A DNA stretch of 64,000 bases from Microcoleus sp. (lineage in GTDB: Bacteria > Cyanobacteriota > Cyanobacteriia > Cyanobacteriales > Microcoleaceae), in NCBI GenBank assembly GCA_052279835.1, contig CP181291.1:6240001-6304000 (forward strand), in the 5' to 3' direction. The notes under the pieces were generated by a model. That model worked only from the letters and a program-made list of their open reading frames with translations. It was not told where the DNA came from and made no database searches. This document shows positions 1 to 11,983 of the stretch, in pieces. Position numbers and translations under genes: made by a program. Each line of letters begins with the position of its first letter. The stretch's first letter is position 1.

Positions 1-262
1 CATTGTGGAGTAGCTCGTCACGCATGGAATTGGGGACTGTGGTTGACCAAAAACATACTCAACCACAATCAAGCCAACCCACAGGAAAAGCTCAAATTTC
101 CCACGGCTATTGACTTGCACAAGTTGTTAGTATCCTTGGTAAAATCCCAAAACCCTTGGTATTATGAGTGTTCTAAATCCACACCACAGATCGCATTAAT
201 CGCATTGCCAGAAGCGTGGAAACGGTGCTTTAAGAAGACTGCGGGATTACCCAGATTTAAAA
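1..262 (+). pseudogene. tnpB: Truncated IS200/IS605 TnpB (InsQ-like) N-terminal fragment, runs off the window start
   Basis: Frame 1 reads HCGVARHAWNWGLWLTK...DLHKLLV..VK...PWYYECSKSTPQIAL..L.EAWKRCFKK..GLPRFK, a typical TnpB N-terminus. Similarity stops after PRFK and no RuvC follows. Confidence 0.8.
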
Positions 263-361
263 TGTTCTGTAATGTTGAGTCAATCTCTATGGGGTTAGAT
301 TTCAAAATAGATTTTTTGAACTCTTGTAACATACCAGGAAACAGAGGTTTCAGGAGGTGTT

Positions 362-784
362 GTGGCTTACTGGATTAAATTAATTTATGAGAAAAATTCT
401 TACATAATCGACCTGGATACTATTAGTGCTTTTTCTAAGGAACTGGATAATAACAGGCTCGCATTTTGGCTGCCTCATAGCAGTCAGCCGATTATCCTCA
501 ATCCCCACGGCAATTCTGATGCTTACAGGCAAGTTATAGATTATCTCAAAAAAACAATCGATCGCAATTCTCAGAAATGCTGGGTCACAATTAATTACGA
601 TCGCAAAGAATTTTCGATCGATTTGAGTCGCATTAGTTTTTTTGCTTGGGAACCTAATGGTCGGTTAACTTTTTGTTTACCAGACAGTGCACTTAATATT
701 GTGCTCGCTCCCCACACTAATCCCCATGATTATCAAAAATTACAGGAATATATCAAAAATACAACGGGACTTTCGGGGCCCTAA
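362..784 (+). CDS. Hypothetical protein with an internally duplicated ~65-aa domain
   Basis: GTG start after AGGAGG. The halves YWIKLIYEKNSYIIDLDTISAF..RLAFWLP and CWVTINYDRKEFSIDLSRISFF..RLTFCLP are homologous. Confidence 0.75.
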   Translation: MAYWIKLIYEKNSYIIDLDTISAFSKELDNNRLAFWLPHSSQPIILNPHGNSDAYRQVIDYLKKTIDRNSQKCWVTINYDRKEFSIDLSRISFFAWEPNGRLTFCLPDSALNIVLAPHTNPHDYQKLQEYIKNTTGLSGP

Positions 785-820
785 CCAATAACCAATAACT
801 AATAACAAATAACCAATAAC
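782..820. repeat. Heptameric STRR-type tract (TAACCAA/TAACTAA/TAACAAA) between convergent genes
   Basis: taaccaataaccaataactaataacaaataaccaataac. Confidence 0.7.
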
Positions 821-827
821 AATTAAA

Positions 828-1706
828 TTACCTCCAAGCTAGTTTGGCAGCCCCTACCATCCCTGCTTGATTTCCCAATTCAGCTACCAATAACTGCAAA
901 TCTTCCCTAGAACTGGGGAGAACCCGTCGCTCTATTTCTGCCATAACCGCCGGGAAAAAAAACTCTGCACCTGCACTAATTCCGCCACCGATAATAATAG
1001 CTTCCGGCGTTAAAACATAAATGAGACTTGCCAAACCTATACCGAGATAACGACCATAATTTTGCCAATATTCTACAGATGCGGCATCTCCCGATTTTGC
1101 TAAATTTGCTAATTCTAGCGGTTCTAAACCAGTTTCGCGACGAATTGCTTGCACTGAAACATACTGTTCTAAGGAACCACTATTGCCGCTGTTGCATTCC
1201 GGGCCATCGGGATTGATGGTAATTAATCCTAACTCGCCGGCGGCACCTTGATGACCTGAAAATAGTTTGCCATCTAGGATAACTGCACCCCCGACACCAG
1301 TACCTAATGTGAGTAAAATTAAGTTGTTAAAATGGCGCCCTGCACCTAACCAAGCTTCTCCTAATCCAGCACAGTTAGCGTCATTTGCTAATATTGTGGG
1401 CAGTCCGGTTTTGGCTTCCAACCAATCAGCTAGGGGAACGTTGTGCCAGTTTGTGAGGTTAATGGCGACTCTGGCGATTCTCCCAGCCGCGTCTGCGGGG
1501 CCTGGGGTGCCGATGCCGATCGCCTTTACAGCATTTTCCACTGGATTGAGTTGAGAAATTGCGTCTACCATTGTCGCTAAAACCGCTTCTGGTGTGGCGG
1601 GTTGAGGCGTTGGTACTGTTAAGGATTGATGGCAAATTCCCTCGGCGCTGAATCTGCCGAGTTTGATGGCGGTGCCGCCTAAGTCAATGCCGATTACTTG
1701 TGTCAT
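828..1706 (-). CDS. ROK family sugar kinase (glucokinase-like)
   Basis: GIDLGGT ATP motif, NDANCAGLGE, LTLGTGVGG, GELG..CNSGNSGSLE. Confidence 0.92.
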   Translation of the reverse strand: MTQVIGIDLGGTAIKLGRFSAEGICHQSLTVPTPQPATPEAVLATMVDAISQLNPVENAVKAIGIGTPGPADAAGRIARVAINLTNWHNVPLADWLEAKTGLPTILANDANCAGLGEAWLGAGRHFNNLILLTLGTGVGGAVILDGKLFSGHQGAAGELGLITINPDGPECNSGNSGSLEQYVSVQAIRRETGLEPLELANLAKSGDAASVEYWQNYGRYLGIGLASLIYVLTPEAIIIGGGISAGAEFFFPAVMAEIERRVLPSSREDLQLLVAELGNQAGMVGAAKLAWR

Positions 1707-1761
1707 GGAGTTTGTGATTTTTAGTGTGATATTCTAACAAGCAATTGATATTTTCAGCAAC

Positions 1762-2304
1762 TTATTCTTCCCCGTCAACACCCAAACCATCTCCTATAAA
1801 CACCGCTTCAATCACCATCCCCTTCTCACCATCATCCTCCTGGGGCGGTAGGGGAAATCTTGCTAAGATCTCCTGACTAATGTTCCTGGCAACATTTCCT
1901 AATTCCCCGTCACGAATTCTACTCAATAACAGTAGCCGGCACGCCAATTCCTGAAGTGATGCAACTGATGAATTTGGATTCAGGTTCTCATCAATGTTCC
2001 TAGTCGGGATTTCAATCCTTTCTGAATCGACAGATTCGGCGTTTGCTAACAAATTTTCGCCAAATCGACGCAGCCAAGTTGCTAATTCTGAATCTTTCAG
2101 ACGTTTTGCTATCAGAAATCCGGCGACATCTCCTCTACTCCAACTTTGATTTACTCCTTCTAGAAGTTCCATGAATTTCGCCTCGTATTCTGTGTCTGTC
2201 AGGGTTGGTGGCTGGGGCTTTTCTGGTGTTGGAGGATTGGATGATTGGGTTTTGAATAGTCGCTGAATTAGTTGTTTGAGGAATTGCCAAATTTTGTTTA
2301 GCAT
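1762..2304 (-). CDS. Hypothetical protein with an amphipathic N-terminal helix
   Basis: 180-aa ORF co-oriented with mltA and the ROK gene. MLNKIWQFLKQLIQRLF...LTDTEYE resembles N-termini seen on cyanobacterial TPR proteins (recollection). Confidence 0.65.
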   Translation of the reverse strand: MLNKIWQFLKQLIQRLFKTQSSNPPTPEKPQPPTLTDTEYEAKFMELLEGVNQSWSRGDVAGFLIAKRLKDSELATWLRRFGENLLANAESVDSERIEIPTRNIDENLNPNSSVASLQELACRLLLLSRIRDGELGNVARNISQEILARFPLPPQEDDGEKGMVIEAVFIGDGLGVDGEE

Positions 2305-2327
2305 TTGTGGGGTACAGATAGTTCGAT

Positions 2328-3542
2328 CTACTTTAAAAGCGGATAATACAGTTCTCCGGTTGAGTTGATGAAGCCGGCTCGATCGCCCGCCAAGTTTCCT
2401 GTTCCCATAAATACGTCTACTCTGCCAGCACCTTTGATTGCACCGCCTGTGTCTTGATCTAAAACGTACCGATTTACTTGGTTTTGTTCGAGTTTTCCTT
2501 CTGCATTGGGGTAGGGAAGTTTGGTACTAATTAGTGCTAGGGCCCCCGGTGGCATTAAGGATTTGTCGGTGGCGATCGACCTTTCGGCAGTTACTGGCAC
2601 TCCCAGGCTTCCTATGGCGGGAGATCCTTGAGTGTCCCGGAAGAATACAAAGCTTTGATTCTTTGGCAAATACTTGTTCATTTCTTCGGGAAAGTTGGCA
2701 AAATATTCTGTTAGTTTTGGCAAGTTTAACTGTTCTAAAGTAAACTTTCCGTCTTTAACTAATTCTCGCCCAACTCCTGTATAACTGTGACTTGTTTTCC
2801 CGGCAAAACCCACTGTCATGACATCACCATCTGGGAGCTGCAATTTCGCAGAACCTTGGACGTGAATTAGAAATGCTTGGAAGCGATCGCGCAACCAAAC
2901 TAATTCTAATCCGCGCAACAATCCTTTGCTTCCCTGCAAAGCATCTGCCCCTTCTAATTCCAATCTTGTGGGGTGAGGTTTTGGCCAAGACGCGATGTTT
3001 GGTGGCACGCGATAAAGGGGATATCGATATTCGGCTGTCTGGGTTCTTGAGGCGGCGTAAATAGGCTCAAAATAACCGGTAAATGCTACAGTGCCTTGGC
3101 CGTCTTTGCCGATGGATTTGTAAAATACAAATTCCCGCTTGACAGATGCTTGAAGTTGTGATGGCGTGGTAGAGTTGACAACTAATTGTCGAAAGCGATC
3201 GAGGGAACGGCGGACTCGATCGCGCGTAATTCCTGCTACTTGATACCGTCGGTAAGCATTAGCTGCTGCTGCGCTATCGAGATAACCTAGGCTGTAGTCG
3301 ATCGACTTTAATAACGAGGCTTTGTCTCCCGGTTTGCCCTCAACGCCCCAAATTTGAGCATCCAAGGCGATCGACTCCGATTCACTTGCTGATAGCTGAG
3401 TCAAACTAACTGGTTGTAGCGGGGAAACTGCCATCACCGGGGCATTAAAGGCGATCGCCAAAACGCAACAGGCGATCGTCAATAACTGATACCTAAAAAT
3501 TTTACTCAATTTCCATCGTCCCTTATTCATCGTATCTTTCAA
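2328..3542 (-). CDS. mltA: Membrane-bound lytic murein transglycosylase A
   Basis: FTGYFEP, IHVQGS, SFVFF, SIATD, DQDTGGAIKGAGRVDVFMG (3D domain). Confidence 0.93.
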   Translation of the reverse strand: MKDTMNKGRWKLSKIFRYQLLTIACCVLAIAFNAPVMAVSPLQPVSLTQLSASESESIALDAQIWGVEGKPGDKASLLKSIDYSLGYLDSAAAANAYRRYQVAGITRDRVRRSLDRFRQLVVNSTTPSQLQASVKREFVFYKSIGKDGQGTVAFTGYFEPIYAASRTQTAEYRYPLYRVPPNIASWPKPHPTRLELEGADALQGSKGLLRGLELVWLRDRFQAFLIHVQGSAKLQLPDGDVMTVGFAGKTSHSYTGVGRELVKDGKFTLEQLNLPKLTEYFANFPEEMNKYLPKNQSFVFFRDTQGSPAIGSLGVPVTAERSIATDKSLMPPGALALISTKLPYPNAEGKLEQNQVNRYVLDQDTGGAIKGAGRVDVFMGTGNLAGDRAGFINSTGELYYPLLK

Positions 3543-3780
3543 CGCTAGAAGTAAAAATCGGTTCTACGCGAATTGCCTGAACACTGGTAGGACGAACCAC
3601 CATGTATTCGCCTTGAATATTTTTGATCGGGACATTCAGAAATTCATTGGATTCCTGCTTGGGAACCAAAACAGTGCTGTACCACTTCTGAAAATCTTGC
3701 AGCGTTGAGAAACGGACTTCTTCACGGTGGCCACCGCTCAGCAACAGATGCACGGAATATTCACTGGGAGTTCTGGGCAT
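3523..3780 (-). CDS. Small hypothetical protein
   Basis: 85-aa ATG ORF with globular composition, directly upstream of and overlapping the mltA ORF. Confidence 0.7.
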   Translation of the reverse strand: MPRTPSEYSVHLLLSGGHREEVRFSTLQDFQKWYSTVLVPKQESNEFLNVPIKNIQGEYMVVRPTSVQAIRVEPIFTSSVERYDE

Positions 3781-4050
3781 ATTTGTATTTTAGAGTTGGG
3801 ATTTTAAGCTTTTGGAACCATTCTATCTTTTACTGGACATCTGGCATCACTAAAATTTCGGAAATTTCAGACACTTAAAACTGACAGCTATTCGCCAACG
3901 CTGACTCAAGGGCGAAGTCGAACTATCCCTACCACCCTCACAGACGATTTTGGAGGTGTTTCAGGGATTGGGGCACTCCCCCAATGACCCACGGCCAGCC
4001 AAGAAAGCTCGTTTTTTTCCCCATCTAGGGTTCCCTAGGTGCAGAAACTA

Positions 4051-5712
4051 TCATTTTCGAGTTACCAAAACCCAATCATCAACTGTGCTCACCACTTCAG
4101 CACGATCCAAATCTAGATGTTGAAACACCGGTTTTTCCAACAGGAAATAAGGTTGAGGGAGAGTTTGCCATTTCTGTTGTAGTGTGGGCGCGTCGGCGAC
4201 AATCACTTGGTGTTCGCTGTAAAAATTCAGCGATGGACGCGGGAGGCGGTGAGATGTGAATACCTCTTTACCAGCGGGGGTTCCTTGGCGGACCATTGCG
4301 GCGATCGGCTTGACTGGATAATCCTCCGCCAGTTCCCAAACCCAGTTATTTGAGGCGAACAATACTAACAATGTCACGTAAGTTCCCCAAATTAAAACTA
4401 ATAGAAACTGTCGGTCTTTACGGTGCTGTAACCAAGCTGATAGGATTGTTGTCAAAGCTACAAACAGTAGCATTAACTGTAAATCTCCCTCTGGTGGCGG
4501 CAGGCGATCGCCAAATTTTACCAGACCGCTGAAGTAAATGCAACCGACAATTGCAACTATCGCCATCACTCCAAAAATAACGGGATGAGGCAACAAAGAT
4601 ACAGCATCAAAACGTTCCTCTACTTGTGCTTTTTCCGGTGCTTCTCCCATCGACATTTGTTCCCAAACTTCGGCTAAATAGCTGCCAACTGCTAAGGCAA
4701 AAGCTGGATAAATTGGTAAAATATACCAAGGCAGTTTAGTATTCATCACCGAAATAGCTAGCAGATAAACTCCAGTCCAAACTAAAACTAATTTTGGTCC
4801 AGGAAAATTGCGATTTTCCCAGCTCAAACGCAGCCCTTGCAGCCAAAATAACTGCCACGGCCAAGGTGATTTTAACAGTTCTAAAAGATAATACCAGGGC
4901 GGGCCTTGCTGATGACTAACAGGTTCCCAAATGCGCCGGAATGATTGGTTGACTAAATTGGTGTTGATAAAGTCTTGGCCGTAGTGCAGCCATTGGGCAA
5001 AATACCAAGCAGCTACTGGGAAAGTTCCGATCGCCAATCCGCCCCAAAGATACCCAGAAGTCAGGAGTCGCGGGGTATCCCAAACCAAGAAACAAAGGGC
5101 GATCGCCCCTAGTAGCAGCCCCAACATCACGCCCTTAGTCAAACAAATGAGTCCGAAGCCCATACCGACTGCCAAAGCGTAGCGCAAATCCCGGCGCGAT
5201 CGCAGCAAACACCAGATTGTCGCTACCAAAAAACACAAAACAGCCCCGTCTAGCATCGCCAAACGCCCGTGTCGTACCACTGGTAACAGCGTCAGATAAA
5301 CTAAAGTCGAAAAAATGGCGATCGCCCGCTGGGGAAACAACTCCCTAGCAATGGCGTAAAGCAAGGGTACAGAAGTGGCTGTCAACATTGCGGGTATCAA
5401 CCTCGCTGTCCATTCGCTAACACCGCCTAGGGCGAAACACAGCCCGATCAACCAGTGTACTAGGGGAGGCTTGTTCAAATAAGGCACTCCATCCAGGGTG
5501 GGATAAAGCCAATTTAAGTTACCGCGCCAGATTTCGCGACTCACCTGGGCTGCAATAGCTTCATCCCAATCCCGCAACGGCACCCCCCCTAGATTCAGCC
5601 CGAAAATTAGTGCAGCCGCCAACATCGCCGCCAACATCCACAGTTTGTCTGTATAGTGGTCGTTTAAGCGAATTTTGGGTTGGTGATTCCCCTGTGGAAA
5701 CATTTCTGACAT
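4051..5712 (-). CDS. ArnT/PMT (GT39/GT83)-type membrane glycosyltransferase
   Basis: DWDEA, PYLNKPPL, EWTARL, RLAMLD, TKG, KLPWYILP; multiple TM helices. Confidence 0.88.
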   Translation of the reverse strand: MSEMFPQGNHQPKIRLNDHYTDKLWMLAAMLAAALIFGLNLGGVPLRDWDEAIAAQVSREIWRGNLNWLYPTLDGVPYLNKPPLVHWLIGLCFALGGVSEWTARLIPAMLTATSVPLLYAIARELFPQRAIAIFSTLVYLTLLPVVRHGRLAMLDGAVLCFLVATIWCLLRSRRDLRYALAVGMGFGLICLTKGVMLGLLLGAIALCFLVWDTPRLLTSGYLWGGLAIGTFPVAAWYFAQWLHYGQDFINTNLVNQSFRRIWEPVSHQQGPPWYYLLELLKSPWPWQLFWLQGLRLSWENRNFPGPKLVLVWTGVYLLAISVMNTKLPWYILPIYPAFALAVGSYLAEVWEQMSMGEAPEKAQVEERFDAVSLLPHPVIFGVMAIVAIVGCIYFSGLVKFGDRLPPPEGDLQLMLLFVALTTILSAWLQHRKDRQFLLVLIWGTYVTLLVLFASNNWVWELAEDYPVKPIAAMVRQGTPAGKEVFTSHRLPRPSLNFYSEHQVIVADAPTLQQKWQTLPQPYFLLEKPVFQHLDLDRAEVVSTVDDWVLVTRK

Positions 5713-5903
5713 AAGTTTAAAAGAGTTATTGCAGATGTGGAAGTTGGATGGAAGTCGAAACCAGCAAGAAGTCTATGTGAAAAGGCAATAAAATCAATGG
5801 CTTCAGCACTTAAATACCTCCTAAATGCGGAAAAATTTGGTATATTAGCGTCCCAAACTGAATGTAAACTTAGACAATAGTTATTTACGATCAGGCATCT
5901 TCC

Positions 5904-7397
5904 ATGAATTTACCCGTAATCATAGATATTATCATCGGCTTAGTTTTTATCTACCTGAGTTTAAGCTTGCTAGCTTCAGAAATTCAGGAATTGATTGCTA
6001 CTGTCTTGCAGTGGCGAGCCGAACATTTAAAAAAGTCCATCGAAGTGTTGATTGCTGGCGGTAACGAAGGTGTTCGGGATGAGGCTCAATTTCAGCTAGT
6101 CGGACGGTTAGCAAATTTGATTTACAGCAATCCGATAATTAACGATTTGAATCAGGGAGCGAAAGGCCCTCTCTCACAAGGATTCCGGTCTTTTACTCGC
6201 AGTTTAGGTACATTGTACCGTCGCATCACTGGTACCACAAATGTGTTTGGAGATAAATCCAGTGGGCCTTCTTACATTCCCTCCGAAAGTTTTTCGAGCA
6301 GTCTTTTGGATACTTTAAAAATTCAGGAGCTGATGCAATCTATCACCGAGACTAGATTGGAAAGATTTAAAGACCTACAGTTGGCACAAATTAAAGTTAT
6401 TGTGGATGGTCTCAATCTATCCGGGTCTACTAAACCGATTATCGAGCAAGAATTTTTGTGGTTGACTGACGAATTTAATCGCGTAGTTCAAGATTATAAA
6501 AATAATGTTACCACTTTAAAAAATAGTTTGGATAGAATGTCAGAAAAGCTCGGTTTTTATATTAATGATTCTCAGGTCTATTTGCCGGAATCTGAGCTAG
6601 AAGGGAGAGAGTTTCAACGGCAGATGGGCTTTATTAAAACTAATTTTGACAGTGAATTTGAACGCGAAACACTGCGAAAGCAACTGCAACCGAGTTTAAG
6701 CAATGTTTTAAACACTATCAGGAAAGTCAGGAAAACTCAGGAGACTGTCACAGAAATTATGGAGGAGAAAGAAGGTAGTCCGATTTATCAACAAATTCAA
6801 GCAACTGTTGATAGTATGCCAGAATCTCTGAAAAATAGTCTTTATATTTTAGCAGAGCGCGTTGAAAAAGATGGGGGAGATACTCAGGAGCAGTTGCAGC
6901 GGTTTCAGCGGGAAATTGAAATTTGGTTCGATCGCAGTATGGAGCGGGCTTCGGGGGTTTATAAGCGGAATGCTAGAGGGGTAGCTATTTTGCTCGGCAC
7001 TGCGATCGCGATCGGTGCCAATGCTGATACTGTGAATATTATTAATCGGTTGTCCAAGGATTCGATGCTGCGCTCGACTGTGAATTTGTACGCTCAGCAG
7101 TTAGTTGAAAAGAATACTCCTGCGAAATTAGATAATTTAACAAATCTCACAAAAGTTCAAAATGAAGTAGGTATAGCTTTGGATAATTTAGCAGTACCTT
7201 TCGGCTGGAGTGAACCCAATAGATTAGAAATAGACCCCGAAGGAAATGTATTGTGGCCAGCTTTTTTGGCTAAAGTTTTCGGTTGGATATTGAGTGGGGT
7301 AGCTATTTCGATGGGAGCGGTTTTTTGGTTTGATGTGCTGAGCAAGATTATCAATATTCGCAATGCAGGTAAGAAACCACCTTCGACAGATACTTGA
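5904..7397 (+). CDS. Hypothetical membrane protein (N- and C-terminal TMs, helical core)
   Basis: 497 aa; TM at the N-terminus; WFDRSMERASGVYKR; GWILSGVAISMGAVFWFD. Confidence 0.8.
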   Translation: MNLPVIIDIIIGLVFIYLSLSLLASEIQELIATVLQWRAEHLKKSIEVLIAGGNEGVRDEAQFQLVGRLANLIYSNPIINDLNQGAKGPLSQGFRSFTRSLGTLYRRITGTTNVFGDKSSGPSYIPSESFSSSLLDTLKIQELMQSITETRLERFKDLQLAQIKVIVDGLNLSGSTKPIIEQEFLWLTDEFNRVVQDYKNNVTTLKNSLDRMSEKLGFYINDSQVYLPESELEGREFQRQMGFIKTNFDSEFERETLRKQLQPSLSNVLNTIRKVRKTQETVTEIMEEKEGSPIYQQIQATVDSMPESLKNSLYILAERVEKDGGDTQEQLQRFQREIEIWFDRSMERASGVYKRNARGVAILLGTAIAIGANADTVNIINRLSKDSMLRSTVNLYAQQLVEKNTPAKLDNLTNLTKVQNEVGIALDNLAVPFGWSEPNRLEIDPEGNVLWPAFLAKVFGWILSGVAISMGAVFWFDVLSKIINIRNAGKKPPSTDT

Positions 7398-8301
7398 TCT
7401 AGCCTATTTCCCTTGTGCATTTGGCCAATTACTAGCGTCCCTAATGACTGTTGACGGTTAACGCTTGACTTTTGACTGTTGACAGTCTCAGGTTTCAGTG
7501 AAATCACGGACAACAGAAATTCCGTGCGATCGCGGATGCACAGCCAAGAAAAATAGGCCAAAATTAAATTTGGGTGTAATCACTAAGCTACGGGTAAAAC
7601 AGAGAATATTAAGATACCCGATTTTCTATTATAAAATAATTCCCCATTGCCAGGAACATTTCACCTCACACAGAAAGTATCTCGTCATACATAGCAACAC
7701 CCAAAATGCTGAGGAGATTGTTAATTAATGATTTCAAGCTAATTGTAGCTACCTAGAACTGCGCTGCACTACTCTGAGTTGAGATAACAGAGAACCAGAG
7801 GTCAGCCAGTTAAAAAAGTGGCATAGCTGACTGTTTGAAAAAGCAAACAAAATGATTTCTTATAGCCGCCCGGTGGATGGTCCTAAGTCGGGTTTCAGTT
7901 TTTCAACTCCTAGTCAAAAGTCATGTCAATAGAGCCGGAATCGCGGTCTCCGAGCGCGATCGCCTTTTATTGAGAAGATTTACATAGCCTCTCTATCAGA
8001 CAGAATTGTGGGGTGAATCCCCCCGTGGCTGTAACCATCTGTGCCGATATTGGATACTTATTGTAGGATTTTAAAGGATAATTTTTCAGCAAAGGAACAG
8101 AAAAATGAGGGCCAATATTCGCCACCATAAATAGTTATTAATACTACTAATAAATGAAACATCAGGATAAAAAAAGACTTTAAAAAAATGGCATATCTAT
8201 TGCATTTAATTTAAGATAGGTGTTAAGGTGTAATCAAACACGACTGATCGCATTACTCCCAGGCTGTATTTACCAGTAATGCCATTGATGGAGTATCAAA
8301 T

Positions 8302-11300
8302 ATGAATTCTATGTTCGCTCAAGTTAACTCACAATCAGCAGTTGAAAAACTGCCGCTACGTTCCTTAGTTTTCATTGACTCAGGCGTGGCAGACTACGAG
8401 TCCATTGCAGCCGGAGCGCTCCCAGGACAGCAAGTAATCATACTCGATCGCAACCAAAACGGCATCGAACAAATCACTTCAGAAATTGCCAAATATGCCT
8501 CTACTAATGGGGAGATCGATTCAGTACACATCATTTCTCACGGTAATTCTGGGAATCTAGAACTAGGTAACACTTCTCTAAATTCAGATAACATAGAACA
8601 ATACGCCAGTCAGTTGCAAAACTGGCAAACCGGACTGTCGGAAACAGCAGACATCATGCTCTATGGGTGCGATGTAGCATCGGGTACAGGCGCTAATTTC
8701 GTCGATCGCATTTCGGAATTAACCGGAGCCGATGTAGCAGCATCCACTAACTTAACCGGGATAGGCGGTGACTGGAATTTAGAATTTGCCAAGGGCGATA
8801 TTGAATCTCCCTTAGCCTTAAATAGTGAGGTGATGGCAAGTTACCAAGGGAATTTAGCTACCATCGTCGTTACCAATAATAACGATAGCGGAGCAGGGTC
8901 CTTAAGAGCGGCGATCGCCTCTGCTGCGGCCGGCGATACCATCACCTTCGCTCCCGGTTTAGCAAATCAAACCATCACCTTAACTAGCGGTCAACTCGAC
9001 ATTCCCGTTGGCAAAAATATCACCATTGACGGCGCGGCAGCCAGTGGTTTAACCATCAGCGGTAACAACGCCTCCCGCGCGTTTTTTGTCAATGCAAATG
9101 TAGTGACAGCTACCAATTTCACCGTCAAAAACCTGATTATTACCAACGGTAAAACAACCGAGACAGGAGGTGCGATCGGCACAACGGACGAAGTAAATCT
9201 CACAGTAGACAATGTTCAGTTCAACAACAACGTCGCCGACAAAGGCGGTGGTGCAATCTTTGGTAATTTCAACAATACGCTGACAGTAAGCAACAGTAAA
9301 TTCAACGGTAACGTAGCCACCGCAGGTAATGATGAACGGGGTGCAGGTGCGATCGGCTTTTTGAGTTTCAAAGCAATTACAGTAACCAACAGCGACTTCA
9401 CCAACAACAAAGGAATTAACGGTGGGGCAATTAACAGCCTTCAAGGCAAGCTGACCATTGACAACTCCCGATTCATCGGCAACGATACCACCGCAGCCAC
9501 TTTCGCCGCAGGTCAGCCCAATGATTTCTTAAGAGGTTTCGGCGGCGCACTTTATACCGATCGCGCCAGCAATCCGAATGAAGCTTCCGGCACAATTAAA
9601 ATCACCAAAAGTGTATTTCAAGACAACAAAGGTCGGGGCGAAGGCGGAGCAGCATATCTGTTTACCGGCACCCAAGACAGCGTAAGCATTGCAGACAGCA
9701 CCTTCCAAAACAACGAAACTTTGTCACTTCCCGGTGGAAGCGACGGGATTGGAGGCGGGTTGGTGAACTTGAGCAACGGGGTCAACAAAGGACTTACAGT
9801 CTCCAACACCACCTTTGCTGGCAACAAAGCCCCCGGTCAAGGCGGCGCAATGTGGATCATGGATGCGCCTGCCACGATTACCAACAGCACCTTTTCTGGG
9901 AACCAAATTACTGGAACTACTGACTTTTTCGGCAATGTCGGCGGTGCAATGGCTCTTTATGCCGACACCACCATCGTCAACAGCACCTTTGCAGATAATT
10001 CCGCCCGTTGGGTGGGTGGAGCAATCTCGGCTGCCGAAGGAAAGTCTGTCACTGTCAAAAACACGATCTTTGCCAACAACACGGCGGGGAATGAGTTTGG
10101 CATTCAGCAAAACACCAGCAGCGAACTAACTGACCAAGGTGGCAATTTTCAGTGGCCTGTCAAACAAACCAATAACTTCAACGATTACAATGCGACTGCA
10201 AGCATTACGATCGCAGACCCCCTCCTGGGCCCACTGCAAAATATCAACGGAGCCCTTGTCCGGCCATTGCTGACAGGAAGTCCGGCCATTGATAAAGGAG
10301 TTCCTACTGGGGCACCAGCTACAGATCAACGGGGTGTGACTCGCCCTCAAGATGGTGATACGATTCCAGGGGCGATCGTAGACAGCGGTTCCTTTGAATT
10401 TAGCGTTAATGTAGTACCCACACCGGCACCCACACCCACCCCGGCACCCACACCCACACCCACACCCACCCCGGCACCCACACCCACCCCGGCACCAACT
10501 CCCACACCCACACCCACCCCGGCACCAACTCCCACACCGGCACCGACACCCACACCGGCACCAACTCCCACACCGGCACCGACACCCACACCGGCACCAA
10601 CTCCCACACCCACACCCACACCGGCACCGACACCCACACCGGCACCAACTCCCACACCGGCACCCACACCGGCACCGACACCCACACCGGCACCAACTCC
10701 CACACCGGCACCCACACCGGCACCGACACCCACACCGGCACCTATCAGCGCACCCGAATTCAACCTTGGTGGCGTCACTCCCAACCCCGTTGACCAAACT
10801 CTCAACGGCGGTAATACTCCCGACTTCATCGTAGGTCGAGGCATTAACGAAGCCATCAACGGACTTGGCGGCAACGATACTCTTTATGGCCTGGGCGGCA
10901 ACGACAACATCGATGGCGGTGCCGATAATGATTTAATCTTGGGCAATGAAGGCACAGATTTCCTTCAAGGCGGTGCTGGTAACGATACTGTCGCAGGTGG
11001 CAAAGATAATGACACTGTTGTTGGCGGAGAGGGCAATGACTTTTTGCAGGGAGATCTAGGCAAAGATACTGTGGCTGGCGGTGTAGGAAACGATACCATT
11101 TTCGGAGGAAAAGATGACGATCTTTTGTTCGGCGAAGATGGCGACGACTACATTTTAGGCAACTTAGGAAATGACACAATTAATGCTGGAAACGGCAACG
11201 ATATTGCGTTTGGCAATGAAGGTACAGACCTGATATTTGGTCAAGCTGGAAATGACAGCCTTTACGGTGGCAAAGATAATGACACACTCTACGGCGGTGA

Positions 11301-11700
11301 AGGCAACGATTTGCTGTTCGGCAACAATGAAAATGACTTCATCGATGGAGGTGTCGGCAATGATACCTTGTATGGCGGTAAAGGTAATGATTTCCTCATC
11401 GGCGGCGATGGTAACGACTTCCTCAGCGGCGATGTTGGGGACGATACTTTGACAGGCGGTACTGGTAACGACGTGTTTTTCCTAACCCAATCGACTGGGA
11501 CTGATACGATTACTGATTTCCGTAAAGGCGAGGATTTAATTGGGTTAAATCCAAGTCTGAGTTTCAATCAACTCAGTATTACTTCCAGCAACAATCAAAC
11601 TTTAATTAGTGTGACAGGCACTGGTCAATTGTTAGCCAAGTTGAACGGTATTGCACCCAATACTCTCACCGCTAGCGATTTCACTCAAATAACAATCTAA
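8302..11700 (+). CDS. DUF4347 + beta-helix/choice-of-anchor-Q + Pro/Thr linker + RTX Ca-binding secreted protein
   Basis: [28 protein letters not shown] (DUF4347); GGAI repeats; [14 protein letters not shown]; GGxGND nonapeptides. Confidence 0.9.
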   Translation: MNSMFAQVNSQSAVEKLPLRSLVFIDSGVADYESIAAGALPGQQVIILDRNQNGIEQITSEIAKYASTNGEIDSVHIISHGNSGNLELGNTSLNSDNIEQYASQLQNWQTGLSETADIMLYGCDVASGTGANFVDRISELTGADVAASTNLTGIGGDWNLEFAKGDIESPLALNSEVMASYQGNLATIVVTNNNDSGAGSLRAAIASAAAGDTITFAPGLANQTITLTSGQLDIPVGKNITIDGAAASGLTISGNNASRAFFVNANVVTATNFTVKNLIITNGKTTETGGAIGTTDEVNLTVDNVQFNNNVADKGGGAIFGNFNNTLTVSNSKFNGNVATAGNDERGAGAIGFLSFKAITVTNSDFTNNKGINGGAINSLQGKLTIDNSRFIGNDTTAATFAAGQPNDFLRGFGGALYTDRASNPNEASGTIKITKSVFQDNKGRGEGGAAYLFTGTQDSVSIADSTFQNNETLSLPGGSDGIGGGLVNLSNGVNKGLTVSNTTFAGNKAPGQGGAMWIMDAPATITNSTFSGNQITGTTDFFGNVGGAMALYADTTIVNSTFADNSARWVGGAISAAEGKSVTVKNTIFANNTAGNEFGIQQNTSSELTDQGGNFQWPVKQTNNFNDYNATASITIADPLLGPLQNINGALVRPLLTGSPAIDKGVPTGAPATDQRGVTRPQDGDTIPGAIVDSGSFEFSVNVVPTPAPTPTPAPTPTPTPTPAPTPTPAPTPTPTPTPAPTPTPAPTPTPAPTPTPAPTPTPAPTPTPTPTPAPTPTPAPTPTPAPTPAPTPTPAPTPTPAPTPAPTPTPAPISAPEFNLGGVTPNPVDQTLNGGNTPDFIVGRGINEAINGLGGNDTLYGLGGNDNIDGGADNDLILGNEGTDFLQGGAGNDTVAGGKDNDTVVGGEGNDFLQGDLGKDTVAGGVGNDTIFGGKDDDLLFGEDGDDYILGNLGNDTINAGNGNDIAFGNEGTDLIFGQAGNDSLYGGKDNDTLYGGEGNDLLFGNNENDFIDGGVGNDTLYGGKGNDFLIGGDGNDFLSGDVGDDTLTGGTGNDVFFLTQSTGTDTITDFRKGEDLIGLNPSLSFNQLSITSSNNQTLISVTGTGQLLAKLNGIAPNTLTASDFTQITI
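10417..10743 (+). repeat. Coding tandem repeat encoding a (PTPAPT)n linker
   Basis: ccc aca ccg gca cca act-type units. Confidence 0.9.
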
Positions 11701-11756
11701 CGGCGTTAGATGTCCCAGTTTTAACTGGTGCAGAAACTACGCCAAACATCTAAATC

Positions 11757-11847
11757 AGGACTGACGCACTCACTACGATTTTACGTCCTTACGAAAATCA
11801 CAAACTAATCGCCAAGGATTATTTTTCGTCACGAGTGCGTCAGTCCT
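11757..11847. repeat. Intergenic element with 15-bp perfect inverted repeats (AGGACTGACGCACTC...GAGTGCGTCAGTCCT)
   Basis: Arms at 11757-11771 and 11833-11847; related to the CAGGACTTACGCA copies at 15597, 26702 and 61591. Confidence 0.8.
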
Positions 11848-11983
11848 AAACTTTGTAGAAATCATGAAAATAGGAACATCTACTCCTCTCTAACTCTGTG
11901 TTCTCTGTGTTCTCTGTGGTTCCTAAAAAAAATCTCATTGTTGTATCTACCACCAAACCGAAAAAATCTCATAGGTATACGAA

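Noticed and set aside
263..378. C-terminal part of ORF 43..378
   Set aside because: Read-through into non-homologous sequence after the TnpB truncation
7400..8300. Long intergenic region as a possible riboswitch or sRNA, and ORF 7498..7728
   Set aside because: No recognisable riboswitch consensus by eye; a covariance-model search would be needed
10126..10874. Antisense Cys/Gly-, Val/Gly- and Trp/Val-rich ORFs (CRCGCRC..., GVGAGV..., WVWV...)
   Set aside because: Shadows of the PT-linker repeat on the opposite strand; not metallothioneins or RiPP precursors
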